From assembly GCA_002269645.1 (NCBI GenBank), contig NIVC01002236.1:124001-188000 (forward strand): a stretch of DNA of 64,000 bases, written 5' to 3'. The translations under genes and the position numbers were made by a program. This DNA comes from Macrostomum lignano. Lineage: Eukaryota. Positions 1 to 12,930 of the stretch are shown here, one piece after another. The notes below the pieces were generated by a model. That model was given only the letters and a program-made list of their open reading frames with translations. It had not been told where the DNA came from and did not search any database. How positions within the stretch are numbered: position 1 is the first letter of the stretch; every line of letters begins with the position of its first letter.

Positions 1-770
1 ACAATCCTTCTGGTTTCTTAGAATCTCAATCAACTGTCTTGTTTTCCTAGAAACAGTCCTTCTGGTTTGTTAGAAACTCGATCAATTTTCTTGTTTTCCT
101 AGAAACAGTCCTTCTGGTTTGTTAGAAACTCGATCAATTTTCTTGTTTTCCTAGAAACAGTCCTTCTGGTTTGTTAGAAACTCGATCAATTTTCTTGTTT
201 TCCTAGAAACAGTCCTTCTGGTTTCTTAGAAACTCGATCAATTTTCTTGTTTTCCTAGACACAGTCCTTCTGGTTTGTTAGAAACTCGATCAATTTTCTT
301 GTTTTCCTAGAAACAGTCCTTATGGTTTCTTAGAAACTCGATCAATTTTCTTGTTTTCCTAGAAACAATCCTTCTGGTTTCTTAGAATCTCAATCAACTG
401 TCTTGTTTTCCTAGAAACAGTCCTTCTGGTTTCTTAGAAACTCAATCAGCTCCCTTGTTTTCCTAGAAACAATCCTGGTTTCTTAAAAACCCAATCCGCC
501 ATTTTCTAGAAACTCAATCGCTATTTCTTAGAAACTGAATCCGCCCTTTCCTAGAAACTTAATCTGCCGTTTCCTAGAAACTAATACCACCCCTTTCTAC
601 TTGTAGAACTAACCCCACCTTTTCTAAAAGCTAATCCCACCCTTTTCCAGAAACTACTTAGCCCCTTTCCTAGAAACTAATCCTACCATTTTCCTAGACA
701 CTATTTCACCCTTTCCTAGAAACTAAATCTGCTTCTTTCCAAAAAACGAATCCTACTCTTTTCTAGAAAC
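1..770. repeat. ~52-bp tandem minisatellite (aaacagtccttctggtttgttagaaactcgatcaattttcttgttttcctag), degenerating after ~480
   Basis: Repeated unit visible directly; 'aaacagtc' recurs at 51 and 103. Confidence 0.9.
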
Positions 771-1198
771 TAATCCCTCCCTTTCCTAGAAACCAATCCG
801 CGCCTTTTCTTAAATTATTTCTTATTTCTTACTTTTCTTAAAGTATATATAAGTAGTATCGGCAGCGCATGAAATGGTGCATAATAATAACAATTGCACC
901 ATTCTAACGCACTTATTATTCACCGTTAAAGTGCAATGATTCCAGCGTAGACCTTGCGGCGTGAGAACACGAAAAGAATGTGGCGCCACGCTGTACAGTG
1001 TTGCTATTTTTAGACTGGGCTTGACAAGATTTTCCTATGCAGTTTAGGCCGGTGACCTAAGAGAGCAATTTTTAGAATCCAATTGGGTAGGGAATGCACT
1101 TTGACTTGTAATATAAATAGCTTGAATTTTTTCAACTCTCGCATCTTTCTCTCGCTTCTTTTACTTTGAAAATATTCTCTTAGTAAAGGCACGAAGAC

Positions 1199-3102
1199 AT
1201 GGCTTTCTGTTGTCCATCTTCTTCTAGTAGCAGCAATAGCGGCGATAGCAGCCGTCCCAGCGATCGGGAGGAAGCTTTGCAATTGCGGCTGGAACAAATG
1301 CGCAGGTAGTTTACCGTTGCGTCCTTTTTAAGTGTTACATTTATGATTATTAAAATGTTTCTGATTTCTTCTGCTTTCAGAGAGCGCGAGTCGGAGCTGA
1401 AGCAGATCAGCCGCGTAGTTGCTGAGGCCAATCCTTCCGCTGCTGCCCCTAGTAGCAGCAGCAATGGTCAGTCAGCTGTGCAGCAGATGCTGCAGCAGCG
1501 GCTGCCGCCTTCGTCCACTGGGCTGCCGCAGGCGCCGCCGCCTCCCCCTCCGCCGTCGGCAACCGCCACGGCAATTCGAGTGGAAGTTGTTGGTCTGAAC
1601 GAGCTGCGACCCGTCAGTCGAATTTTGCAATCGAGCGCTTTTCGAACCGAACTTGAAAGCCTGGTTCGAGCGAGCCTGTCGCCAAGGCAACAGCAGCAGC
1701 AGCCAACCCGAGTTCCTGTTGTTGCTAGGGACCAACAGTCTGAGCCACAGCAGCAGCTGCCGCAGCAACCACCGCAACAGCAGCCGCAGGACCGCTCCCT
1801 GACTGAACTCCGCCGTCAGCGCCACGAAGATCTGGTGCAGGAGATCAACGAGCTGCTGCACTCCCAGCTGGTCTCTGGCGGCTTGGACGGCGCCTTCCGC
1901 GCCAGACTCGACCGCGACCTGCGGGCTCGCGCCGCCGCCCTGCCAGACGGTGGCCGAAGGGCGCAGACCGCCGTGCAGCATCTGCCGCCGAGCGGAGTGC
2001 AGCGGAACGACTTCAGCCACCTGGGCATCTACCGTCAGGAGGGTGAAGGCTTCGGCGGCGACGACCTGCTTGCAGAGGATGCCGCGTCTTCATCAGCTGA
2101 GGAGGTAAAATATTCTGTCCTCTTAGATCCCAAATTTCCTAGACTGCCAGTCTCTTCTAATATCCCATATTCCCAAGAATCCCAATCCACTATGAGATCA
2201 CATATTCCAAGAATCCCAATCCATTCTGCGATCCCATTATCCCAACAATCCCAATCCATTCTGAGACTGCCAGTCTCTTCTAATATCCCATATTTCCAAG
2301 AATCCCAAACAATTCTGAGATCCCAGTATCCCAAGAATCCCAATTTATTCTGAGATCCCATTATCCCAAGAATCCCAATTTATTCTGGATCCCATTATCC
2401 CAACAATCCCAATCCATTATGAGACTGCCAGTCTCTTCTAATATCCCATATTTCCAAGAATCCTAATTTATTCTGAGATCCCATTATCCCAAGAGTCCCA
2501 ATCCATTCTGCGATCCCATTATCCCAAGAATCCTAATCCATTCTGAGATCCTATTATCCCAACAATCCCAATCCATTCTGAGATCCCATATTCCCGAGAA
2601 TCCCAATCGAATTCCAATAAAATATCCCCACACAATCACTGCTCAGGTGCTCTCCGTCGTATCCACCGCTGCCGCAAACGCCGCAGTGGCTCACAGCACC
2701 GCGGCCGTCAACCGTCAGCTTCACTCTGTGCAGCGCGAGCTCACCGATCTTCGTCGAACTCTGCGCCTGTTGCTAGGCAACCAGCTGGAGACTCAGCGAA
2801 TGATTCGTCAGGAGGTATCGGCCGCCCTGCAGGCTACTGGAATCGCCCAGCCCTCTGTGGCCCTGCCAACTATGAGTCAGCAGCCTCAGCCACCGGCAGC
2901 TTCGGTTGCCGGGGCCTGTCTGATCTGTTTGAGCAGCCAGGCTGACACTGTGATGTACAGGTGCGGCCACCTGTGCCTGTGCTCGATGTGCACCGCCAGG
3001 ATGAAGGAGGCTGCACCGGGAGGTCGGATGTCCTGTCCGGTTTGCCGGGCACCCGTGGTTGACACCGTGCGGGTTTTCTCGGCTAGCGCGGAACGCCAGT
3101 AG
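1199..3102 (+). CDS. C3HC4 RING-finger protein (probable E3 ligase), 3 exons: 1199-1305, 1381-2104, 2647-3102 (~428 aa)
   Basis: ATG at 1199. GT-AG introns 1306-1380 (phase 2) and 2105-2646 (phase 0) keep the frame. C-terminal CLIC-x11-CGHLCLCSMC-x14-CPVCR RING-HC motif, preceded by a coiled-coil segment (QRMIRQEVSAALQ). Confidence 0.85.
2110..2620. repeat. Intronic ~35-bp minisatellite (atcccattatcccaagaatcccaatccattctgag)
   Basis: Fills RING gene intron 2; explains the spurious tail of ORF 1343..2353. Confidence 0.85.
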
Positions 3103-3662
3103 AAGTCACGTGACTTTGACTTCTTCAAACTTTGAGTTTTGGATTTTTAGTTCACAGGCCTAATCTGTACCTGTCTGATGTGACAATATGTCTGTAATCT
3201 ACCTGTCTCATCTCTGCTACAAAAATTGTCTCATGTATTTTGTCAGCTTGTATTTGTAAGTAAACCGAAAGAAAAGATATATATATTTTCTTTTATTCAG
3301 ATGTTTATACATTTAGAAAAGTAAAGATTTTTTAGCAGAGTCACAATTGTATTACAAATGTTTAATTATAATCAAATTATTATTTATCATTTTATCCCAC
3401 TATGCATCGCAAATATATATATCTCAATTATGTTAGAAAGGCTTTCATTTCGTGAACTTTTCGATTTTATATACAGTGCTAGTAATTAAATTTCTCTTTT
3501 TTATAATAAGAAATTAAGCGTCAAGTCTGAACTACTCTACTAACAGTGGCAGTAAAATAATTTTATGCTCTAATTTTTATATCCAGCTACAAAACGATCG
3601 AAAAAAACGTCAATTTAATTAATTAGAAATCAAAGAAAGTAATTAAATAAACAGCTCGCAAG

Positions 3663-5010
3663 ATGCAAGTCGCCAGTAAAGAGGCCGCTGTGAGATGCGC
3701 CGAAGAACTGCTCATGTCGCTGCACAATCCGTCAACGAGGGATTCGGCTCTGGCTGAGCTGAGCAAGCATCGCGACGCCATACCGGAATTGGCCTGTCTG
3801 ATCTGGCAGTCTTTTGGCTGCGTTGCCATTCTGTTAGAAGAGATCGTGTCCGCGTATCAGCATCTCAGCACTGGGGCATTGTCGGTAAGTTTGTGTTGCC
3901 TTGGTTCTTGATCTACCGATATGTATCGAAAACTTGTCGGTGTGTGTGTTTTTGTGTTGCTTTGGTTCATAATCTACCGATATGTATCGAAAACTTGTCG
4001 GTGTGTGTGTTTTTATGTTGCTTTGGTTCATGATCCTCCGATATGTATCGAAAAAATTCGGTGAGTGTTTTTGTGTTGCTTTGGTTTGCGGTATAACGAT
4101 ATGCATCGAAAAAATTATTGGTGATTGTGTGTTTTTGTGTTGCTTTGGTTTATGATCTACCGATATGTATCGAAAAAAAATGTCGGTAAGTGTGTTTGTG
4201 TTGCTTTGGTTCGTGAATTACCGATATGTATCGAAAAATTGTCGATGAGTGCGTTTTTGTGTTGCTTTGGTTTATGATCTACCGATATGTATCGAAAAAA
4301 AATGTCGGTAAGTGTGTTTGTGTTTCTTTGGTTCGTGAATTACCGATATGTATCGAAAAATTGTCGATGAGTGCGTTTTTGTGTTGCTTTGGTTTATGAT
4401 CTACCGATATGTATCGAAAAATTGTCGGTGAGTGTGTGTTTTTTTGTGTTGCTTTGGTTTGTGATATACCGATATGTATCGAAAACGTAGTTAATTAAAC
4501 AATTTGTTAAATTTGTACGAATATAGTAGATGCATTTACAGTGTTTGAAACTAGTTTTATTAATTACATTCACTTAGATTACGTTAGTTAGAGTTTAGTT
4601 AAAGTTCGCGAAGAGCAATCAGTCTGCAGCACTCTTGTTTTATAGAAGCAACGCTGCTTAACCGTCTCAAAGCATTTAGTTTGATGAAGCGTCTTTGCGC
4701 CTGTCACTCGATCACCGATAAAAGTGCATTCACAGCTGTGTCTCTTTAACCCCCTCCCTCCCGCATGCCTGGGCGGCCTACTTGCCTATGGAGCCGACTA
4801 GCGGAGCAGTGAGGCCTTCTCTAATTAAAGCCAAGGGTTTGCTGTTTGGGTTGTGATGCACAAATCCTGCCCAGTTGGAGATTGTGCCGGCGTGTGGATG
4901 GGACTGGTTATTGGGGACTGAGCTGCTCCACTGCGTCTCATTTCTTCTTGATTAACGCTTGTGTGTCAGTCCGGCATCTGTGTGCCTGCTTCTCTGCCTG
5001 TCTGTCTGCC

Positions 5011-5065
<55 letters not shown>

Positions 5066-5086
5066 ATATCTATCTATCTGTCTATC

Positions 5087-5125
<39 letters not shown>

Positions 5126-5132
5126 GTCTATC

Positions 5133-5207
<75 letters not shown>

Positions 5208-5272
5208 CTATCTATCTATCTATCTATCTGTCTATCTATCTATCTATCTGTCTATCTCTATCTATCTATCTG

Positions 5273-5323
<51 letters not shown>

Positions 5324-5424
5324 GTCTATCTCTATCTATCTATCTATCTATCTGTCTATCTATCTATCTATCTGTCTATCTCTATCTATCTATCTGTCTA
5401 TCTATCTATCTGTCTATCTATCTG

Positions 5425-5455
<31 letters not shown>

Positions 5456-8400
5456 GTCTATCTATCTATATATCTATCTGTCTATCTATCTATATATCTA
5501 TCTGTCTATCTATCTGTCTATCTATCTGTCTATCTATCTATTTCCCTAATCTAAGTTGTTGTATTTTAGCACACCAAAGTGCTTTAAGTACTTCTATAGT
5601 TCGTATGGGCCATCTCTAATTGCCCATGCACTTTAAGCACTCTTTTCACCTCTTTTTGATCGCTTCTTTGTTAAGTTCGTTTTAGATGTATTAATAAAGG
5701 TAACTTCGCTCAGTTAATTGCTTTCCCTGCTCAGTCCAGGGGCCGAAATTTTTTAGCACGAAATTGCGTGACCGTCATGACCCTGGTCATCTGGTTGAGA
5801 GCTTCAAAGGTCTTCGTTTTCCTTGACTATCCTCATGCACAGTCATTTTCCTTTGTGAGACTCGTTTTTATCGTCCTTGAGTATCTAAATTTTTTGGATA
5901 GTTTCCCAATCATCAGTGTTTTATTATCCTCGAGTTCTCCCAGTTATGAATTATCACTAGTTATGAATTGAATTATGCCTAGTCATGAATTATCCCTACT
6001 TATGAATTATCCCTAGTCATGAATTATCCCTACTTATGAATTATCCCTACTTATGAATCATCCCTAGTCATGAATTATCCCTACTTGTGAATTATCCCTA
6101 CTTATGAATTATCCCTACTTATGAATTATCCCTACTATGAATTATCCCTAATATGAATTATCCCACTTATGAATTATCCCTACTATGAATTATCCCACTT
6201 ATGAATTATCCCTACTTATGAATTATCCCTACTCATGAATTATCCCTACTATGAATTATCCCACTTATGAATTATCCCTACCTATGAATTATCCCTACTT
6301 ATGAATTATCCCTACTTATGAATTATCCCTACTTATGAATTATCCCTACTCATGAATTATCCCTACTATGAATTATCCCACTTATGAATTATCCCTACCT
6401 ATGAATTATCCCTACTTATGAATTATCCCTACTTATGAATTATCCCTACTTATGAATTATCCCTACTATGAATTATCCCTAACATGAATTATCCCACTTA
6501 TGAATTATCCCTACTTATGAATTATCCCTACTATGAATTATCCCTACTTATGAATTATCCCTACTATGAATTATCCCTACTATGAATTATCCCTACTATG
6601 AATTATCCCTACTATGAATTATCCCTACTATGAATTATCCCTACTTATGAATTATCCCTACTATGAATTATCCCTACTATGAATTATCCCTACCTATGAA
6701 TTATCCCTACTTATGAATTATCCCTACTTATGAATTATCCCTACTTATGAATTATCCCTACTATGAATTATCCCTACTATGAATTATCCCTACCTATGAA
6801 TTATCCCTACCTATGAATTATCCCTACTTATGAATTATCCCTACTTATGAATTATCCCTACTATGAATTATCCCTAACATGAATTATCCCACTTATGAAT
6901 TATCCCACTTATGAATTATCCCACTTATGAATTATCCCTACTTATGAATTATCCCTACTATGAATTATCTACACTTCTGAACTACCCCATATTTCTTACT
7001 GCTTATATTATTCTAATTTTTCCAACACACATGGCAGTGTTGTCTTTAATTTATTTTCCCAATCCTGATTCCCGCTCCCCTTCCCACCTGTGACAGGTGC
7101 AGCTATCAAATCGGGTATGCAACGCCATGGCCCTGCTGCAGTGTCTGGCTGCACACCCAGCCACTAGGCGGGCTGTGTTGGACCTGCAGCTGGTGCACTA
7201 CCTGTTCCCGTTCCTAAGCAACCATCCTCAGCATCAGCCGGCAGATCCTCGCCCAGCTGAGTTCCTTCGCCTCACAGCTTTGGGTGTTATTGGCGCTTTG
7301 GCGAAGTCCGAAGATCCTCAGGCTGTTGAATGCCTTCTACGAACCGAACAGCTGGTGCCGCTGTGCCTTCGCGTGATGGACTTTGGCAGCGAGCTGAGCC
7401 GCACTGTGGCCACCTTTGTGGTGCAGAAGGTGCTGCAGGATCCCGCTGGGCTGGCCTACGTGTGCAACACCTATCAAAGGTTTGAGCAGGTGGCCGCAGG
7501 TCTGGCTGGCGTTCTGCTGTACTTGCGAGTGAACCCGAGCGCCCGACTATTGAAGCACGTTGTTCGATGCTATGTGCTGCTGACTGATAACTTCAGGTAG
7601 GGGTTCACTCATTTTTATTAGTCGCTTGTATTACTCAGTTAAACCATTGGCTTTTAAATCCATGGGACTTAAAATGTATGTGAAAATTGGCCTTCAAATT
7701 CTTAGGGAAAATCGGCATTTCAGTTCTTAGGGATAATCGGCCTTCAAATGCTTAACGAAACATCGGCATTCAAATTCTTAAGGAAAATCGGCCTTCAAAT
7801 TCTTAAGGAAAATCGGCCTTCAAATTCTTAAGGAAAATCGGCCTTCAAATTCTTAAGGAAAATCGGCCTTCAAATTCTTAAGGAAAATCGGCCTTCAAAT
7901 TCTTAAGGAAAATCGGCCTTCAAATTCTTAAGGAAAATCGGCCTTCAAATTCTTATGGAAAATCGGCCTTCAAATTCTTAGGAAAATCGGCCTTCAAATT
8001 CTTAAGGAAAATCGGCCTTCAAATTCTTAAGGAAAATCGGCCTTCAAATTCTTATGGAAAATCGGCCTTCAAATTCTTATGGAAAATCGGCCTTCAAATT
8101 CTTAAGGAAAATCGGCCTTCAAATTCTTAAGGAAAATCGGCCTTCAAATTCTTAAGGAAAATCGGCCTTCAAATTCTTATGGAAAATCGGCCTTCAAATT
8201 CTTAGGAAAATCGGCCTTCAAATTCTTAAGGAAAATCGGCCTTCAAATTCTTAAGGAAAATCGGCCTTTAAATTCTTAAGGAAAATCGGCCTTTAAATTC
8301 TTAAAGAAAATCGGCCTTTAAATTCTTAAAGAAAATCGGCCTTCAAATTCTTAAGGAAAATCGGCCTTCAAATTCTTAAAGAAAATCGGCCTTCAAATTC

Positions 8401-8696
8401 TTAAGGAAAATCGGCCTTCAATAAAACATCCCTCTCTGACTCAAATTTCCCAATTAACAAACCCAATCCTCAGAGCTCGCCAAGCCCTGAGTCTCTACCT
8501 GCCGCAGGAGCTCAAAGACGACTCCCTGCTCAGCCGGATGCAGCTGCAGCTGCGCGATCGTAAAACTCTGCTAGGGGTGCTGCACCTTCGCCGATTGGCT
8601 GAGCGCGTTGAGCAGCCCTGGCCGCCGGTGCCTCTGCGACCCGGGGCCGCCGCCGTGGCGCCGCTGCCCGCCTCTGCTGCCCACGGAGCTTGCTGA
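3663..8696 (+). CDS. CNOT9: CCR4-NOT subunit 9 / RCD1 (RQCD1) homolog, divergent; 3 exons: 3663-3884, 7097-7596, 8474-8696 (~314 aa)
   Basis: Matches CNOT9 motifs ALAELSK, SNRVCNAMALLQC, LRLTALGVIGAL, GSELSRTVATF and PSARLLKHVVRCY. Donors gtaagt (3885) and gtaggg (7597) and acceptors (7096, 8473) are phase-consistent; the join reads DNFR/ARQAL. Confidence 0.93.
3910..4490. repeat. ~50-bp minisatellite (tgtgttgctttggtt...ctaccgatatgtatcgaaaa) in CNOT9 intron 1
   Basis: Tandem degenerate copies visible. Confidence 0.85.
5000..5540. repeat. (TGTC)n/(TATC)n microsatellite
   Basis: Direct reading. Confidence 0.97.
5940..6970. repeat. 16-17-bp minisatellite (tatgaattatccctac[t])
   Basis: Direct reading. 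Confidence 0.97.
7700..8420. repeat. 25-bp minisatellite (aggaaaatcggccttcaaattctta) in CNOT9 intron 2
   Basis: Direct reading; period 25. Confidence 0.95.
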
Positions 8697-8749
8697 CATG
8701 GTGGAGGCATTTAGCTTTAGTATGAGCTGACTAGTTGGTCATTTGCATG

Positions 8750-9950
8750 AAGGATCTCACTCTCCTCTCTGTCTCCTGCCTGAGATCTCACTCTCCTCTC
8801 TGTCTCCTGCCTGAGATCTCACTCTCCTCTCTGTCTCCTGCCTGAGATCTCACTCTCCTCTCTGTCTCCTGCCTGAGATCTCACTCTCCTCTCTGTCTCC
8901 TGCCTGAGATCTCACTCTCCTCTCTGTCTCCTGCCTGAGATCTCACTCTCCTCTCTGTCTCCTGCCTGAGATCTCACTCTCCTCTCTGTCTCCTGCCTGA
9001 GATCTCACTCTCCTCTCTGTCTCCTGCCTGAGATCTCACTCTCCTCTCTGTCTCCTGCCTGAGATCTCACTCTCCTCTCTGTCTCCTACCTGAGATCTCA
9101 CTCTCCTATCTGTCTCCTGCCTGAGATCTCACTCTCTCCTCTCTGTCTCCTGCCTGAGATCTCACTCTCCTCTCTGTCTCCTGCCTGAGATCTCACTCTC
9201 CTCTCTGTCTCCTGCCTGAGATCTCACTCTCCTCTCTGTCTCCTGCCTGAGATCTCACTCTCTCTTTGTTTCATACCTGAGATCTCTCTCTCCTCTCTGT
9301 CTCCTGCCTGAGATCTCACTCTCTCTTTGTTTCATACCTGAGATCTCACTGTCCTCTCTGTCTCCTGCCTGAGATCTCACTCTCTCTTTGTTTCATACCT
9401 GAGATCTCTCTCTCCTCTCTGTCTCCTGCCTGAGATCTCACTCTCTCCTCTTTGTCTCATACCTGAGATCTCACTCTCCCTCTTTGTCTCCTATATAAGA
9501 TCTTATTCTCTCCCTCTTTGTCTCCTACACGAGATCTCACTCTCTCCCTCTCTGTCTCCTACCTGAGATCTCACTCTCCCCCTCTACCCCCTACCTGAGA
9601 TCTCACTCTCCCCCTCTACCTCCTACCTGAGATCTCACTCTCTCCCTCTCTGTCTCCTACCTGAGATCTCACTCTCCCTCTTTGTCTCCTATATGAGATC
9701 TCAGTCTCTCCCTCTGTCTCCTACCTGAGATCTCAGTCTCTCCCTCTTTGTCTCCTACCTGAGATCTCACTCTCCCTCTTTGTCTCCTATATGAGATCTC
9801 ACTCTCTCCCTCTCTGTCTCCTACCTGAGATTTCACTCTCCCCCTCTACCTCCTACCTGAGATCTCACTCATCTCTCTTTCTCCTACCTGAGATCTCTAT
9901 CCCTCTTTGTCTCCTACCTGAGATCTCTATCTCTACCTCTATCTCACCCT
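8750..9950. repeat. 31-bp minisatellite (gagatctcactctcctctctgtctcctgcct)
   Basis: Direct reading; homogeneous 5' part, diverging 3' part. Confidence 0.95.
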
Positions 9951-10499
9951 CCCTCAGTCATTAAAGTCATTTCTAAGTAACAGTTTATAATCACAAAGCT
10001 TTTAATGAGGCTCTTTAGCGCCTTTTGCAATTAGATTCAATTTTTATTATATTTTTAACTAAATTATTGCTCAGAAATTAACTTCAGTTTCAGTCAACTT
10101 ATGCTCGTATAATTAATTGTAGTGACGTCTTTTCGGACCAAATCTTTTCAGTTGCTTTCAATTGAGCTTTTCAACCAGTTATATAAAACTTTTAGTATCT
10201 TTATAATGTATTTATAATTGTACTCTGAAATTTGCATTTTTTGTTTACATTGACGTGATTTATGGAATTGCTTGACTAATGCGTTACTAGCTGAAGTGTA
10301 ATTTATAAGTTTATGCTTAAAGCGCTCACTTCTTAGACCATGGAACATCTTCTTGATTTGCGATTGATAATCTAATTAATTACAGGTGGATTAGGAGCAA
10401 CGCATTTATTTACTGGATGAAAAAAATTACTAAAACTTTTCTTAAGAGTTCAAATGTTTTTTTTCTAATTTTAAATAATCACAGTGAGAAAATATAAAC

Positions 10500-11130
10500 T
10501 AACAGGATATTTCTAGTCTGCAACCAAACTGGTGGCACGATTGCCCCGAAAATTGCGTCCCTGGCAACCAAACTGGAGCCATTTTCACCCTAAAAATAGC
10601 GTCCCATTGCAGTAGACTCTAGCAACCAACTGTCACCCCAAGAATGGCGTCCCGTGCAGTTTTGCAGAAATTTACGTCCCTAGCAACCAACTGCCGTCCA
10701 GAAATTTGCGTCCCTAGCAACCAAACTGGAGACATTGTCACCCCACAAATAGCGTCCCTAGCAACCAACTGTCAAGCAGAAATTGGCGTCCTTAGCAACC
10801 AAACTGGAGCCATTGTTACCCAGAACTTAGCATCCTTGACAACCAAAAGGGGTCACAGAAATTGTGGGTCCCTAGCAACCAAACTGGAGCCATTGTCACC
10901 CCGAAAATAGCGTCCCTAGCAACCAACTGTCAAGCAGAAATTGGCGTCCCTAGCAAACAAACTGGAGCCATTGTCACCCCGAAAATAGCGTCCCTAGCAA
11001 CCAACTGTCAAGCAGAAATTGGCGTCCCTAGCAACCAAACTGGAACCATTGTTACCCAGAACTTGGCATCCTTGACAACCAAAGGGGCATTACTAACGCC
11101 TCAAGTTACCTTGGTTAGCAACCAAAACTT
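10500..11130. repeat. Degenerate minisatellite built on tagcaaccaaactgg / gcgtccc units
   Basis: Recurrent 'ccctagcaaccaaactggagccattg' blocks. Confidence 0.8.
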
Positions 11131-11699
11131 GAAATTTCTTGCAACAAAACTTGCTGTGGACAATGGGAGCTCAAGTTCATCAGTTGTTCATCTCCCCGAA
11201 GAGCAAATCAGCCGGGGCTGACGAGCTGCACTGGCACGCTGACGTGCTTCAGCAGGAACTCGGCTACCCGCCCCACTCCAGCCGGTTTCTGGCTCTGCCT
11301 CTCGTAGGTCCTGCCTCTGGCGCTCATCACCACTTCGTCCACCTGATGGTTGTTGACGTAGTTCACCAGGCACACTTTCACGTCGCTGCCGACCAGCTCG
11401 GTGAATCTGTAGTTGCTCAGGCCGGCCTCGCGGGCTCGATCAAACGCCGCGTCCCGGATCTTCTTAGCCCGCCGCTCCTCATCCGGGATGCTGCAGCCGG
11501 AGCTGTGCTGCAGACGTGGACAAACATGATGGAGTCGTTGGGGTGGCGAACGTTCTCCAGGTACCAGCTGAATACCCGGGCATCGTAAGGCCCGCCGTCC
11601 ATTGGGATGAGGACAGATCTGATGATTGCTTGCGACATGGCCTGCGGATGGGGCGGTTTTGGATTCAACTTCTCTTTTCACCTGTTCAGTCACCCTTAA

Positions 11700-12620
11700 A
11701 TCTCACTAAGATTAAAGAATCTCCTTTAGATCTCACTAAGAGTCACCTTTAGATTTCACTAGGATCTCCCTTAGATCTCACTAAGGTTCTCCCTTAGATC
11801 TCTCTAAGAATCTCCCTTAGATCTCACTAAGGTTCTCCCTTAGATCTCACTAAGGTTCTCCCTTAGATCTCTCTAAGAATCTCCCTTAGATCTCACTAAG
11901 GTTCTCCCTTAGATCTCTCTAAGAATCTCCCTTAGATCTCTCTAAGAATCTCCCTTAGATCTCTCTAAGAATCTCCCTTAGATCTCACTAAGGTTCTCCC
12001 TTAGATCTCACTAAGGTTCTCCCTTAGATCTCTCTAAGAATCTCCCTTAGATCTCACTAAGGTTCTCCCTTAGATCTCTCTAAGAATCTCCCTTAGATCT
12101 CACTAAGGTTCTCCCTTAGATCTCTCTAAGAATCTCCCTTAGATCTCACTAAGGTTCTCCCTTAGATCTCTCTAAGAATCTCCCTTAGATCTCACTAAGG
12201 TTCTCCCTTAGATCTCTCTTAGAATCTCCCTTAGATCTCACTAAGGTTCTCCCTTAGATCTCTCTAAGAATCTCCCTTAGATCTCACTAAGGTTCTCCCT
12301 TAGATCTCTCTAAGAATCTCCCTTAGATCTCACTAAGGTTCTCCCTTAGATCTCTCTAAGAATCTCCCTTAGATCTCACTAAGGTTCTCCCTTAGATCTT
12401 TCTAAGAATCTCCCTTAGATCTCACTAAGGTTCTCCCTTAGATCTTTCTAAGAATCTCCCTTAGATCTCATTAGGAGTCTCCTTTAAATCTCACTAGGAT
12501 CTCCCTTAGATCTTACTGAGAATCTCCTTAGATCTCACTGAGAAGCTCCCATAGATCTCACTAAGGCTCTCCCTTAGATCTCACTAAAAATATCCTTTAG
12601 ATCTCAATAGGAATCTCCTT
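11700..12620. repeat. 23-bp minisatellite (tctcccttagatctcactaaggt) in the USP intron
   Basis: Direct reading. Confidence 0.95.
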
Positions 12621-12629
12621 TAGATTTCA

Positions 12630-12930
12630 ATGAGAATCGCCCTTGAATCTCACTGAGAATCGCCTTTGGATCTCACTGAGAATCGTTCTAGAATCTCCTA
12701 AAGAACCGCCCTTGAATCTCACTGAGAATCGCCTTTGGATCTCACTGAGAATCGTTCTAGAATCTCCTAAAGAACCGCCCTTGAATCTCACTGAGAATCG
12801 CCTTTGGATCTCACTGAGAATCGTTCTAGAATCTCCTAAAGAACCGCCCTTGAATCTCACTGAGAATCGCCTTTGGATCTCACTGAGAATCGTTCTAGAA
12901 TCTCCTAAAGAACCGCCCTTGAATCTGACG
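12630..12930. repeat. 69-bp tandem repeat, ~4 copies
   Basis: Perfect 23-aa periodicity in ORFs 12627..13007 and 12643..12960. Confidence 0.92.

Noticed and set aside
873-903. 9-bp hairpin aatggtgca...tgcaccatt upstream of the RING gene (and an 8-bp stem near 38866)
   Set aside because: Stems this short are expected by chance; no supporting context.
4846-5619. Long 'LSIYLSIY' ORFs
   Set aside because: Translation of the (TATC)n microsatellite inside CNOT9 intron 1.
12630-12930. Regular 69-bp and other tandem arrays as CRISPR-like
   Set aside because: No unique spacers, no cas genes, and a eukaryotic context.
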